Positions 41,624 through 55,200 of a stretch of 64,000 nucleotides of DNA are shown here, in pieces. Location: positions 3,906,001 through 3,970,000 of the forward strand of contig OZ024743.1 in NCBI GenBank assembly GCA_964016885.1, written 5' to 3'. The position numbers and the translations under genes were made by a program. The stretch comes from Eledone cirrhosa (taxonomy: Eukaryota). Position 1 is the first letter of the stretch, and every line of letters begins with the position of its first letter. The notes under the pieces were generated by a model that was not told the DNA's origin, made no database searches, and saw nothing but the letters and a program-made list of their open reading frames with translations.

Positions 41624-43130
41624 ATAAAATATTATGTAGGTAGGTATGTGTGAATTTAGAACAGAAACTGCATGTAAAAACAGCCAGAAACAATAATATC
41701 GATATACATTTCTAATTTATGTTGACGTGGCACACGGTTGTTTTTGTGGAAAAGGCTATAATCAATTAAATCGACCTCGACTCTAATACCCAACAGAGTT
41801 TTCTCATTGATTTTTCTGTTCAGCTGGCGTAAGGCCTAATTTTACCAGAGAAAAACCCAGATAAATCATTTGAAGCGATACGACTATATTTTAATCGTAT
41901 ATTTTCAAGCTCAGGGCGATGAATGAAGTCCCTCTAAAAACAAACCGAACAATACCTGAACTTTCAACAGTAAAATATAGGAGTTGTCAGGGCCAAATTC
42001 CTAGTCCAATGTTCTAATTTATCCAATAACTTCGCAAATCTATTAACAATAGTCACATAATTAAAAAAAAAAGTATAGTTTGAGCTAATTTCCTGATTAA
42101 ATAACAACGGTTTCTTCATTAGAAGTATAATATAATAATAATGAGGGATGAACGTCAGTATATCTTGACGTTCACAAGTTTTTCAATACAATTCTTGATT
42201 TCAATTTACTGAGAGAATGAATTCCCTAAACGTTTCCTGCCACACATCATTACGCTTAAATGTGCTCGTATACGACACCTAAGAAAATAAAATCACACAC
42301 GGTAAACTCTAGCATATTGGTAAATTTAATCGTTGAGGAATCCAGTTCTCGACTAACATATATAGACAGTTATACGCAGATAGGTAAATGTATTTTTAGT
42401 AGCTTAGAGAACAGAATTAATTTTGCATGTTGTTTCAAGTAGAAAAGTCAAATGAATAATCTTTTTATATAAACAATTGCAAATTTCATCTAAATATTGC
42501 AATTCCACATTTTATTTCTATCCACTGAAGATATTTCAATTTTCATTCTGAGAAATATATTATTTATTATTTACATTCCTATCTATTTGCTGTCAAGGAT
42601 ACCCATCCAGGAGTGATTGGCATTCCATTCAATATCGTTTCTTTTTTATTGACATAAATTTGGTGTTTAAAATCTATCAGGATTTTAGAAGCAGTTTTGC
42701 TTTTCTATCTTCATTTTTATAAATCTTAATATATTAGAGTGTAACAAAATAGTGTACTATGAAGGAACAAATATAATAAAAGGATAAAGCTGAGAGAAAA
42801 TTCTAACTGCTTGTCAAATGTTGTTCAGGGATTCGATTTGCAATAAGCGAGGTTCAATTAAATTATCACACAATCATATCCCGCCATAAAACTTCCTGAC
42901 ATGAAAAACGTGCTACTTATAGATAATTATTCATTATAACACTACAATCAACTCATAATTTTCTCTGAGTTCAACGCCGCAATTATCAAGTCATTGTTAT
43001 TGTATTTCAACTGTTATCTTCACTTTGCATCGAGTGTATACAGAAAATGGGTTAATATCTTAATCTGGTACACTACACAAATCTCACATTAAACAAAACA
43101 AACGGGCTAACGTAATCTAGATGTATTTCC

Positions 43131-43181
<51 letters not shown>

Positions 43182-43605
43182 CACACACACTCACATATAT
43201 ATATGTATATATATGTATGTATATGAAGAAAAACGATAAAGTTTCGTTTACATGTATTTAGTTTTTTATTGTGTATCGACCTGTTACGTAGAAAATTGAC
43301 AGTGACTTCGAAATTTTAGCCCGGATTCGTATATCCCATGATACAGAAATAGCTGGTTTGAAACTGAAGTATTCCATCACGTTATAAGGGTAGGAAGAAC
43401 TTCTTATTCTTGGATGACATTCTCCCAAGAGCTGGTGTTTGATTACAATTTCGTTGATAATTATCAACGAAATTGTACGCAAACCCGTAAAATCAGCAGC
43501 CTTTTATTTCCAAGAAGTATAAGATTTAACCCTAGTTGAAAACTATCTAATTTGAAAGAGTGCTTCTCTCGCCTTGGCTAACAATCCTCCATTATGAATG
43601 AAAAT

Positions 43606-43718
43606 CTGAGTTCAAATCCCGCCGAGGTTGACTTTGCCTCTCATCCTTACGGGGTCGATAAAATAAAGTACCAGTGATGCACTGGGTAATTGCTGGCCTT
43701 GTGCCTAAAGTAGAAACA
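43606..43718 (+). mobile_element. 5'-truncated SINE, 15-bp TSD ATTATGAATGAAAAT
   Basis: TSD at 43591-43605 and 43719-43733. Confidence 0.85.
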
Positions 43719-45294
43719 ATTATGAATGAAAATGTGAAAGGATGATATCATTGACAACCCTTCCACCGAAACATCTAGGGAAGGCACCAAAAACAGGACT
43801 CGTTGAAGTCTGTGAAATTAAAGCTCTCCGTAGCACGCATGAGTAGGTCCATGTCGGTTGTCATTCAATGCTACAAATATAATAACCCTAGTTTAGGAAA
43901 ACAACAAAATTGCAAACATTTTCTAAAACTTCGTTAAAATTGTTTGAGAATTTAAAGGGAAGAGGAGGACACAATAATGAACAACCAGATGCATAAAGAA
44001 GCAAAGAGATTTAGAGTGATATACGAAACAAGATGATGAGTCACAATGAGGATATGTAGTGGAGAGGATCAGTAGAACATGAATTAAGACCAGGGAAACA
44101 GCAAATCATTATAATAATCATTAAAAACAAGCTAAAAAACTATTTGATTGGAAGGAACTCAGACCAGAAGGACAGCAAGATTTCTCACCGCGAGTGTGTC
44201 TCTGTGTTTGTGTAAATATGTGTGTATGTGTGTTGTGACTATGAACAAAACAAAAATGTAATTGGAATGAATAATAAACATAAATATATGTTCTTGAATA
44301 AACAGAAGCCGTGACAATGCAGTGCAATATTTCTTTAAAAAATAAATGACACTTTTTTTCCTTAGTCGATAATTCAATCTTAAAATATGATATTCCGGGA
44401 ATTAGATCACAATTGAAAATAACATTTGAGTTCACATGGTTAGATGCAACACGACAGTATTTACGAGAATTTAGTTTCATCGATCGAATATCTGTCGTAA
44501 TACTGTCGCAAGTGTATCAGTGAAGCGAAGTTTTCCTATTACACTTTACAATTCTTGAATCTAAGATCAGCAGGAGTCATCAAATTGCAACGGCTGAACA
44601 CTTCTTGTGTGATTTTCTTTTTTTAAAAAAGAAGATATTTGAAGCATTGCAATTTTGTATTTGAATGCAAAGAATATATGTCAATTCAAATAACTATTTT
44701 AAAATAAATTATTTCGAAATACAGATAAATGATAATAGAATATTTCGTTTCACCGACTCACTACTTCTGATCTATAAATTATAGGTGGAAAAATCATTTA
44801 ACCAACACATTTGACTTGGGATAGGCAGGGCTCCTTGACCCTTTAGCATTTACATAACTTTATATATACTATTTTATTTTTGTGGTAAAGATTTTACCTC
44901 ATAAAATTCTCAGAGAGAACCTCGATTGATGAACCAAATTATCCTAAATTCTGTCCTGCCCCACATGGTTTAACTGGACCAAATGAACCGGTTATTTAAT
45001 GCACCTCGTATCTAAAATAAATTTAATTTATTCAAAAAACAAAAAATATTTTAATTATAATCATAGCTTCTGTTTAAATACAATTTCAAACACATTTCCT
45101 CAACAAAATTTATATACATGTATAACTTTAATAATAATAACAGTGTTGCTATTATGCTATTATTGGGTATATACATAACCAGAAGGTTTAAAGCACAATA
45201 TATATAGTAATAATAATTAATAATTATGAAGACTTATATATATATATATAGTAATAATAATTATGATGGTTGGAACAGGTAAAAGAATAAAAGA

Positions 45295-45389
<95 letters not shown>

Positions 45390-45866
45390 GCGGTTGGACG
45401 CAAGAGGAAAATTTGAAATGTGTTCCAACGCAAATGATAATAATAATAGCCACTCTCTATAAATAGTAGTTAGGAAAATCGGGTAAAATACCTCTCATGA
45501 CGGTAGGATGCACATATGTCAAATTTCAGATTTTTTTAATATTCCATAAATTAATTGTTTTGTTGAGGTCAAGCTACAGACTTAGCATTTTCTGAAAAGA
45601 TGGAATTAGTGGCCGGTGGCCCCTTAACGTAGTCGTTAATGCACTTGCTCGGCATTCGAGAGATGGGGATTTCGATTCTTCACAGCACATCTGACCACAT
45701 TTTTTCACTTCAGTTGTTACTTTAACTTACTTTCTCAACTATTATTTAGAGTGATAAACTATTAAAATGGTCATTTGCGTTGGACCTCATATATTTCAAA
45801 TCACACACACACATACATATTAATAGATACAAACGCACACATATATTTAAATAAATGAATATATAT

Positions 45867-45994
<128 letters not shown>

Positions 45995-45999
45995 TTATA

Positions 46000-46932
46000 G
46001 ACAACTGCTGCAGGCTAGCCAACTGCCCCATCAACGACACAGACCTATGCCACCAGGCTTACGTCGTATACAGACTAGAGACTAGAGTGTGACAAATGCA
46101 CCAACTTCTACGTAGGTAGCACCACCAGACCACTCCACATAAGAATAAAAGAACACCTCAATACTAACGCTTCCTCATGTATGAAACACCTAGTGAAATA
46201 CAAAAACACCGACAAAACCATAACAGTTAGGATAGAAACTAAGGAAAGAAACCTCGGCAATCTTAGAATTAAAGAAGCACTGATTATAGACAAAACACAA
46301 CCACCAATCAATAATAGACTAGAATTCAACACCCAATTTATAACTTGATAGAGCATCTATCTCCATAGTTACACCCCCCACACACACAGACCCACACACA
46401 CACGCACGCACACACACACGCTTACACCTCCATTTATTCTCTCTCACACATACACACACAAAGACCAGTTCTAACACGAGATAACATCTATACCCCACAT
46501 TTACGCATAGACATATCTTCTCACACTCACACACACACACTCACATACTTATACCTTCATGCATTCTCCCACACACTTAAACAGACATGTACAAAAAAAA
46601 ACAAAGCCCTTTTAAAGGGAGACTACTCTTTATCCACCTAACCTAACTCTTTGACATTAGAGATAGAACAGACACTCTATACCATTTCCTGTCAGCATGA
46701 CTTGGCAAGCTATTTAGAACACTGGTTTAACCGCTTTACTTCCCTCCGAAGAAGAGATATTATCTCGAAAATAAGGACATTTAAATAAATCTATATAAGA
46801 CTAATTGTCAACAATATCTTTTGAATCTGCATTCTTTATTCTATGTCCATACCTGCATTGTTTTGGCTTTATTATACATATACAAACGTTTATACCTCAT
46901 TACACAATGCTTCAAGTGAACTATAACTCCCT

Positions 46933-46933
<1 letters not shown>
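46000..46933 (+). mobile_element. PLE 3' fragment: GIY-YIG (46000-46348) + 3' UTR with degenerate HHR (46743-46776)
   Basis: Own translation: NCPINDTDLCHQAYVVYRLE/CDKCTNFYVGSTTRPLHIRIKEH...LRIKEALIIDKTQPPINNRLE*, with a 7-bp duplication causing a frameshift. HHR-like cct-CCGAAGA-a gagata t tatctc-GAAA-a-TA-agg. Confidence 0.85.
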
Positions 46934-46995
<62 letters not shown>

Positions 46996-47018
46996 AATAA
47001 ATAAATATATATAAGCAT

Positions 47019-47089
<71 letters not shown>

Positions 47090-47119
47090 TATATACATAT
47101 ATGTATATATATACATATT

Positions 47120-47216
<97 letters not shown>

Positions 47217-47495
47217 TATATATATATATAGATGCGTGGCGTGTTATTACATATGAATCGTTTATAAAGATATTATACAAACTTTACTTGAGTTGACTTT
47301 GATTAGTCGCGTTGAGCATATACAACAGCCTAATAAATATAGACGCCAATACGATTATCTTCTCAATCCCAACCGCCAATCAAACGTCATCTGTAAAATT
47401 ACTTCTTTTCTCGGCAAAACTAAAAACAGTATTTATCGACATGCCGGACATATTGGCTAAATTTCCCCTAAATCACGTTAGATTATCGTCCAATT

Positions 47496-47710
47496 AACAA
47501 GGCCACCAATTATCCCAGTGCATTACTGGTACTTTATTGCACTGGGATAATTGCTGGCCTTGTGTCAAAAGTAGAAACAATTATTACTGTTTTACTCGAT
47601 AAAATAAAGTACCAGTAATACACTGGGATAATTGCTGATCTTGTGCCAAAAGTAGAAACAACTATTACTGTTTTACTACTGGCCTTGTGCCAAAATATTG
47701 TTTTACTTAT
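47496..47710. repeat. Rearranged array of SINE 3' tails (one inverted, then three tandem)
   Basis: Repeated gcactgggataattgctggccttgtg..aaaagtagaaacaattattactgttttact. Confidence 0.7.
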
Positions 47711-48324
47711 TGCCAGGACCGGTAGAGCTTCGGACAATATGTTTCCGCTATATATTATAGCGCATTACGTTTGTTGCACAAATCATCCTGAGATTAAATT
47801 TACTTTTCTGCCTTTTATAAGGTAATATATCAAGAGTGTTAATAAAATCAACGGTCTCCCTTTCGCTAAATGTGTCGCCTTCGATTTATGTAAACGTTTA
47901 TTATTAATCTTTTGTTTCAAATCATTGCAGGGTTAAGTTTAGTTAATCGATAGAATAAAGTATCAGTCAAGTACTGCAGCCGATTTAATTGAGCATGAGT
48001 TCTTCAAAACAGGTGGCCTTGTGTCCACCTTCGAAATATTTATTACACTTGTTAATATTCGTACTGTTGCTGCTGTGTGTTTTGTTGAGTAAAACAGTAA
48101 TAATAACATAATTATCTGAACAATCGACATTAACCTGAGCTAGAATAACAATAGTGACAGCAACGCTAGAAGTTACTGCCAGATCTCCATCAACCACAAC
48201 CAGCAGAAGATAAAAAAATAACGGAACGAGATGGTTATGACCGAAATAATTTGAGCATATGTACGCACAATCGGAGCTGACCTTGGGCTAAACAAATGTA
48301 CCATAAAATATGACAACTCCAACG

Positions 48325-48640
48325 ATCACTACAATCATCACTCACGCCATCCTCATCATCATCATCATCATCATCATGATTAGCAACAGCAAAATCAACA
48401 GGAACAACACTATTGTCATCATCATCTGCAACGCCATCACCGACACTAGCAACAGCAGTAGCATAAGTACAAGAATATATAGCTTGCTGAAACCATACCT
48501 TCCAGTAGTACTGTCATCACCCTAACAAGACCACCACCTTTATCACACTATCATCATCATCATCATCATCACTACCAACATCACCATCATCAACAGCAAC
48601 ATCAACAACAGCGACAATAATAATAATACTATAATAATAA
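48325..48640 (+). repeat. Degenerate (ATC)n/(AAC)n/(AAT)n trinucleotide region
   Basis: Direct reading. Confidence 0.8.
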
Positions 48641-48957
48641 GGAAGTGAGTATAAGGAGGGTGAGAGAGAGAGAAGATCACGTGAAGAAAACCTAAAATAC
48701 AAACTCATTGTTGTGGTAGAGAGATGTGCAGGCAGATAATACTACCTGACCTGCTGCATCAATTTTATCACACGGCTCAGTTTCAGTATGGCTTCTGTTT
48801 GTTTCTTACATTAACATTCCTATCAATCAAAATGAATCACTTGTAAACATGACATGTATGTTATAATTTCCTTATACCACCACCACCGCCACCATTACCT
48901 TATCACCAGCGGCAGGAATTGTAACATAAAGTTCGATATCTTAGTAAAACTAATAAT

Positions 48958-49347
48958 AATGGTTTCTGATTTAGGCACAAGGCCGACAATGTTGGGGAAG
49001 AGAAAGTCGATTAGATCGTCCCCAGTGCATTACTGGTACTTTATTTTATCGACCCTGTAAGGATGAAAATGCTCCAAAGCATATTATCCGACGCTCTACC
49101 GATACTGCCAATCAACCACCCTTAAATAATTGTTTCTTATATAGGCACAAGACCAGCAATTTTGGGGGAGGGGAAAGTCGATTAAATCGACTTCAGTGCG
49201 TGACTGGTACTTTATTTTATCAACCCAGTAAGGATGAAAGGCAAAGTTAACCTTGGCGGGATTTGAACTCAGATCATAAAGGGCCGTAACTCTATGCTGA
49301 AAAGCATGGCGTACGACCCTCCACCGATGCTGCCAATCCACCGCCCT
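48958..49347 (-). mobile_element. Two adjacent SINE copies (48958-49122 internally deleted; 49128-49347)
   Basis: Homology to the family. Confidence 0.8.
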
Positions 49348-49409
49348 ACCACCCTTAAATAATAATAATAAAAATAATGGCCAGCAATTTTGGAGGGAAA
49401 GGGGAACTG

Positions 49410-51950
49410 GTGTAGCTGGTCGTTGGTGTGTCACTCGAGACACTTTTGCAGTTAGCCGTCGACACTGGTCTCTATTCTCCGTCATGCGTAGAGGAGTCTT
49501 GCTTGATGGCTTCTTGTTGTGACCAGTCTAGTCTTTGATGCTGTCAGACCAGGATTTTCTTTGTCTGCTTCTCCTTCGCCCTCCATTGACTGTGCCTTGA
49601 AGTATGGTTTTAGTCAAGGAGTTGTGGCGGGATATATGACTATACCAGACAAGCTTCCATCTTTTCACCATCGCATGAAGTGGTTCTTGCCTGCCAGAGT
49701 ATCAACCTTCTGAAGCACATGTGTTCGAATGCTTGGATTCTTCGTTCGATGTCAAGTGTTTGAGTCCAACTCTTACTCCATACAAAAGGCAGGCTTGAAG
49801 TCACCATATGACATTCAGCTTTACCATGGCAGACATGGCCAGGCTAAATCTTGTCGGTATATTCTTTTGAGATCTACCGTCTTTCGTCAGGGTGAATCCT
49901 AGGTACTTGAAGGTTTCACTTCTTCAAGTCTTCCTCGATTCAGAATGATGTTGGCTTCTATATTTTCCATATGATTATCAACCAGAATCTTGCTCTTTCA
50001 AAGCTGATCTCCATTCCGTATGCTACTGATACCGTTTCCAGTTTGATAGTGAGCTCCTGGAGTTCTGCTTCACTGCTTCCTAACAGGCCAATGTCATCAG
50101 CAAATCGTAGGCTGGAAATGAGTCATCTTCCATTGGAAACAGAGGTGAGGAAGTGTTGTATCTCTTGCATGATATCTTCCCCAGGAAGATGTTGAAAAAC
50201 ACTGGATGTCGAACATCCACTGTTGTTCAGAAGAATGTTATTCAGGAGAATTGCACCTATTAAGTTGTAATTAAGTGTGCTTTAATTACTTGAATGAGGG
50301 TGATGTCATAGTTGAATCCTATATCACCTTCTACAAACCCTCGTGGCAAACATGGTCAAGGGTTAAATCAAGAAAGATATGAGAAGTCAGATTGGTGCGA
50401 CATGCGTTTCTCAGTGAGTAGTCTGATATTAAACATTTGATCTGTTGAACCTTTTGGGTCGTACATCCTGTTTGTTTTTTTGCAAGGATTTCTGCCTTCC
50501 CTTAAGTCTGTTTAGAAGAGCTTAGCTGTAATTTGCTGGAGTGGTTAATTAGGCTGATTGTTCTGTAGTTCAGGCAAAGTGTTAAGTTTCCTTTTTTGGG
50601 AAAAGGTATCGTCAGTGATTGGGTCCACTCCTTTGGCCACTGCTTTGTTTCCCATAGCTTATGACAGGTAACTGTCAATACCTTGATAGGCTTTGGCTCT
50701 CCGTGTTTTAGGAGATTTGATGGAATGTTACCAATTCCTGGGGGTATACAATCTTTGAGTATGTGTGATACTTTTTCAACTTCCTTCTGGAGAATTGGAG
50801 TATCCTCAATTTCTTTGTTCTTATTGGTGGAATTATCCAGGATGTTGATGTCATGTCTGAGTTTGTGGTTGTAAATGTCTTCGCAATATTCATCCTGTCT
50901 TTTGATGACACCGGTCTCGCCTGTGAGGCGCAAGACAGTTTTATCCTCAATGACAGTGGCGGTGTGTTGCTTTCTTTTTGTTAGCCTTTTGAGGGTTTCA
51001 TGAACAGCCTTCATGTCGCTCTTTTTTATAATTCCAATTTCAATGTTTTAGCACTGGTCTGATATCCATTTCTCTTTGGCTTCCCTCATTTTCTTCCTGA
51101 TCTCCCAGTTCACAGTGTTGAACTGTTAGCGTAGTGTTCTTCAAGACACGTCTTAAATCACATAGGTCAAAGTTGTCACCAGTGACCCATGGTTTATTTT
51201 TCCTTCTCTTTCTCCCCGGCACTTCTAAAGCTGTTTCATGAAGTACTTCCTTGATGTCGGTTAAAGAGATAATATCTCCTTCTAAAAGATTGAGGACAGT
51301 AAACGATCGTTTTTTTACTCTAATCCCGCTGTCCCAGCCCATTGGTCATATACACTCGGGCCTACTTTGGGATTCCAGTCTCCTAAGACGATGAGTATGT
51401 CTTTTTTAGGAGCCGCCCTGATGATTTTCTTCAGGTCCTCATATCACTCTTCAGCAGCATAATTGTGATAACAGAGTGTCGGTGCGTGGTTTTGTATGAT
51501 GATAACGTTCTATAGACTTGCAGTCACATTCAAGGTGATGAGTCTACTGGATACTGGTGTACAACTGATGACTGAGTTCACTCTGGTTTTGTTAACAATG
51601 AAACTCCTTCCAGTTCGGGTTTGGTGTCATAACCGCCGCTGTACTACAGTGTGAGACCGTCATCAAATCCTGTCAACCTGACTACAACTAGCCCTAAGTT
51701 ATCCCATCTATATCTGGCAAGTTCATATGTAAGTTCTTTCGTTATTTCAGAAGCATATAGAGTGCGGATAATCCATTCCCAAAGACAGTATTGTCTTTAG
51801 AACTTTTGATGGTTCTCATTGTCGGTGTCATTGTCATTATTGGCACCGTCCCAGTTGCATATTGATCACTTCCACCCTGAGGCTCTCGAATAGGGAAGAG
51901 AAGTGGTGAATGGAAAACCCCACTCTAGTCAACATAGATAAATGCTTGAA
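49410..51950 (-). mobile_element. Decayed RTE-clade LINE (APE + RT, internal deletions)
   Basis: APE N-terminus IRTLYASE..KELTYELARYRWDNLGL at about 51780; KNKPWVT, WPKEWTQSLTIPFPKKGNL..NYRTISLINHSSK, LRFADDIGLL (~50090) and TFKYLG. Confidence 0.88.
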
Positions 51951-52034
51951 CAACAGCTGTGCTGACTTACTTATCGTTCATCACACCAGATAATATGGGA
52001 CCGTTGTACTCTCTCATGAAAGTATCATTGTGAA

Positions 52035-52212
52035 TTGGCAGTATCGGTAGAGAGTTGGACGCCATGCTTTGCAGCATAGTTACGTCCCTTTACGATCTGA
52101 GTTCAAATCCCGCCGAGGTTAACTTTGCCTTTCATCCTTACGGGGTCGATAAAATAAAGTGCCAGTAATTACTGGGTAATTGCTGGCTTTGTGCCAAAAG
52201 TAGAAACAATTA
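52035..52212 (+). mobile_element. SINE copy
   Basis: Homology to the family. Confidence 0.82.
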
Positions 52213-55200
52213 TTAGAACTTAGCACTTCTCACGGAAGTCAACTAGAGTATTTCGTGACGAAAAATTTCATAAAGAAATGAAGAAGGTTGACGGTCTCGT
52301 AGAGGCTCTAGGCATTGATAAAGATCAAGAGAACACTTGATTTAGGGATAATGGAAACGTTCGAGAATTTTCTGCTTTAGCGTGCTACCGGAAGTATTGC
52401 TAGTTAGAGATACATTCTAAGAGCATGGAAGCCACTTCATCATTGCTTGTCTGAGATTATAATGATAGAATTTGTTTGAAGGAAAACAGCATATGTTGCA
52501 ATATATTAACTACTTCCTTATTTCAGGGTCTGGTTGGGGAGCCGATTTAGTCGCCGACTACTCAACCATGAAGCAGGTTGTACTGAGTTATATGGTACTA
52601 GTAGCAGGCAGAAGCCTGACTTGACCATTTTGTATCTTAGTCTTGTTAAGTCTCTTACTCTCCTGTCGAGAATATAATAACTCCAATGATTATGTGTAAC
52701 AGGTTATTTCTGTTACCTTATACTTTTCTTTTATATTTGATTTAATAATTTAAGTATTAACGTCGTACATCTGTAATATTTTTTCCGAAACATTTATCTC
52801 ATTTCTTATTGAAATTGTCTATTTCATTAATTGCTAAGTATGTGTTGGTCTGTATTTCGTTGAATTTTCTTATATCTGATACTATATGTTTGTAGTGATT
52901 TTAATTAATCTTCTTCTCTTCAATGTTGTCTTGACGCATTTTCTAACTTGGTTTCCGTATCAATTTCTCTGGTAAACAAATGTGCTGTCGGCAGAATTAT
53001 TATTCTTTGTACAGTATACTTGAACATGATTGATTGATATTCCATAGGATGTGGATCTCAGTCGTGTTTGGTTAAATTTTTGTTTAAAGACAAAAAAGAG
53101 AGGAGAGAAAGAGTCTCATTGGAAGTTCCCCTTTTTATACGGGCAGAATGTGCTTATATAATTTCCAATTTTGCCTGTATCTGCACATCTGTTTGCCATA
53201 TGTTCGTGACATGTTTAATACACTTGCATATTACTGGTGCAAATGACTCCAGGATTCGTTGTAAAAAGAAAGGCCTTGTATTCTGTCACTGCCGTCTCCA
53301 AATTTTTATTGTTTTATTCTACATGTTTTCCTGGGAGGTGGCAGTAGCAGGAGGTTGAGACCTTGGGTCATCTTTAAGAATCTCCCTTTCCTTCCTAAAT
53401 TCAGCTGCCCACCTGGGCACTGTTGATAAAGCTGGAGTGTCATCCCCCAAAGTAGGCACTATGTCAGCATGAATGTCGTTGGGGGCTAAATCCTCTTTCT
53501 GCCAGTTCTACATAACACCATGAAGCCAAACCCTGTCCAGTTTCAAGAGAAGTCGCTGCTAGTTACTTTTAAAGTCTAAAACAATGCAATTACCGATAAG
53601 AAGAGTTGCAATTAATGCGTTAGATTTCAGAGTTCTAGCATCACTCCTTCATGGTCAGCCTATCAACTTTTCCGCCCACCCTCGTAACTAGATTAATAAT
53701 TTGAAGGTTAGGATTTGATGTTTACAAATATATAATTCGTTTCAGGATCCATTTGATACTCTGCAAGGGAGCTGTTTGCTTTTTAGGCAGTTATTTATAC
53801 AATGGGATAGTATTTTAGTTGAGGTGATTTAAGCTGTAGAAACACAGGTTATGGTTCTGAAGGGTTAGATGTTTGCTATTTCTCTAGATTTAGGGTTATG
53901 GTGAGGATATCCTTTATGGGCCCCATTCAATTGGTTGTTGTTTTGGGGCATTCTTTTCAGTTATAAAAGCCTCTATCAATATTCAGGTACTGGATTAGCT
54001 GTTGTCACGTGGAGCAATCGGTTTTCTGCCCATTATCGTTCCTAAACCAATTTTACTTTCTGTACTCTTAACATTGCATTAATCCTGTGCCTAAATCAGA
54101 AACTATTAATTTCTAATTCATCTTAGTTTCATGTTAAACTGTTTTTGTTTCTCCATGTTATACCAGCACCTGGATGCTGAGTACCTTTAGCTGTACTCAC
54201 TAGTTTGCACGCATTCTGACCAGACCTTCGGTTACCTTTCGACATTCGAGTCTTATAATCCTTGAAAATGATTTGGGACACTAGTATTTTTCCTAACTGA
54301 GTATTTAAAAAAATGTGGTTTGCTTTTTATTGCTACTACTATATTAGCATTAAGGCTTACTGTAGTCAATGCACAGATCCTTTATCGATTCTAATTATTT
54401 AATGGGCTACATCTTTATATCATTTTCATATTCTGAATTTTCCATTCCTAAATTATTCTCAAATTCTTGTATATGTTTGATTCTGTTGTTATACTTGGCA
54501 TTAATTGTACTGAGTATTGGCATTTACTTGTTTGTTTTGTACATATTATGCATTATCCATATTGTTAGCTTAAATTGTATGTAATTGGTTGCATTTCTCT
54601 GTTTGTGATTTCATTATTTATTTGATTTTCTATGTTTTCTGATATCGTCTTAAGTTTGAACTTGTATCATCTTCAAATAACTTGTCTGTAGAAATGCAAA
54701 GTTATTTTCAAATAAGTGATGTTTACATATATCAAATGTGGATAATGCAGTGTCGCCTCGTGCTTGAGGTAGAGTGTAGTTATAAAACGTGCATTTAGTA
54801 TAGAAAATTGCTCATATGTTATGTTGCATGCATTTAAGAATAAAGTAAATCCAGATTCTTTAGATTTTCTACAAGTATCGGTGCATATTTCTATTAATAT
54901 AGAATCTCCACGCTCCATTTCAACTGAATGATACGTATTGTTTGTCATATCTTTCGACGCAATGGGGGTTGATCTTATTTGCTGGTGGTGTGACGTGCGC
55001 CAGTTTAGTGTATATCCATGTGGTGGCAAGACAGCATTAAGACCAGTTTCTAATACATTAACTTAAAAAGCAATGTTATTATAAGTAAAAAGCTACAGAC
55101 TTCCTAACACGTTTTTGCCATTTTATTCAAACCCAATTTAAGCAATTTTAATGGATATTGTCCGGAGCAGAGAAGTCATGTTATGCATCACATGAATTGA

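Noticed and set aside
45610-45690. tRNA-like sequence
   Set aside because: The cloverleaf is degenerate; at most a decayed SINE head.
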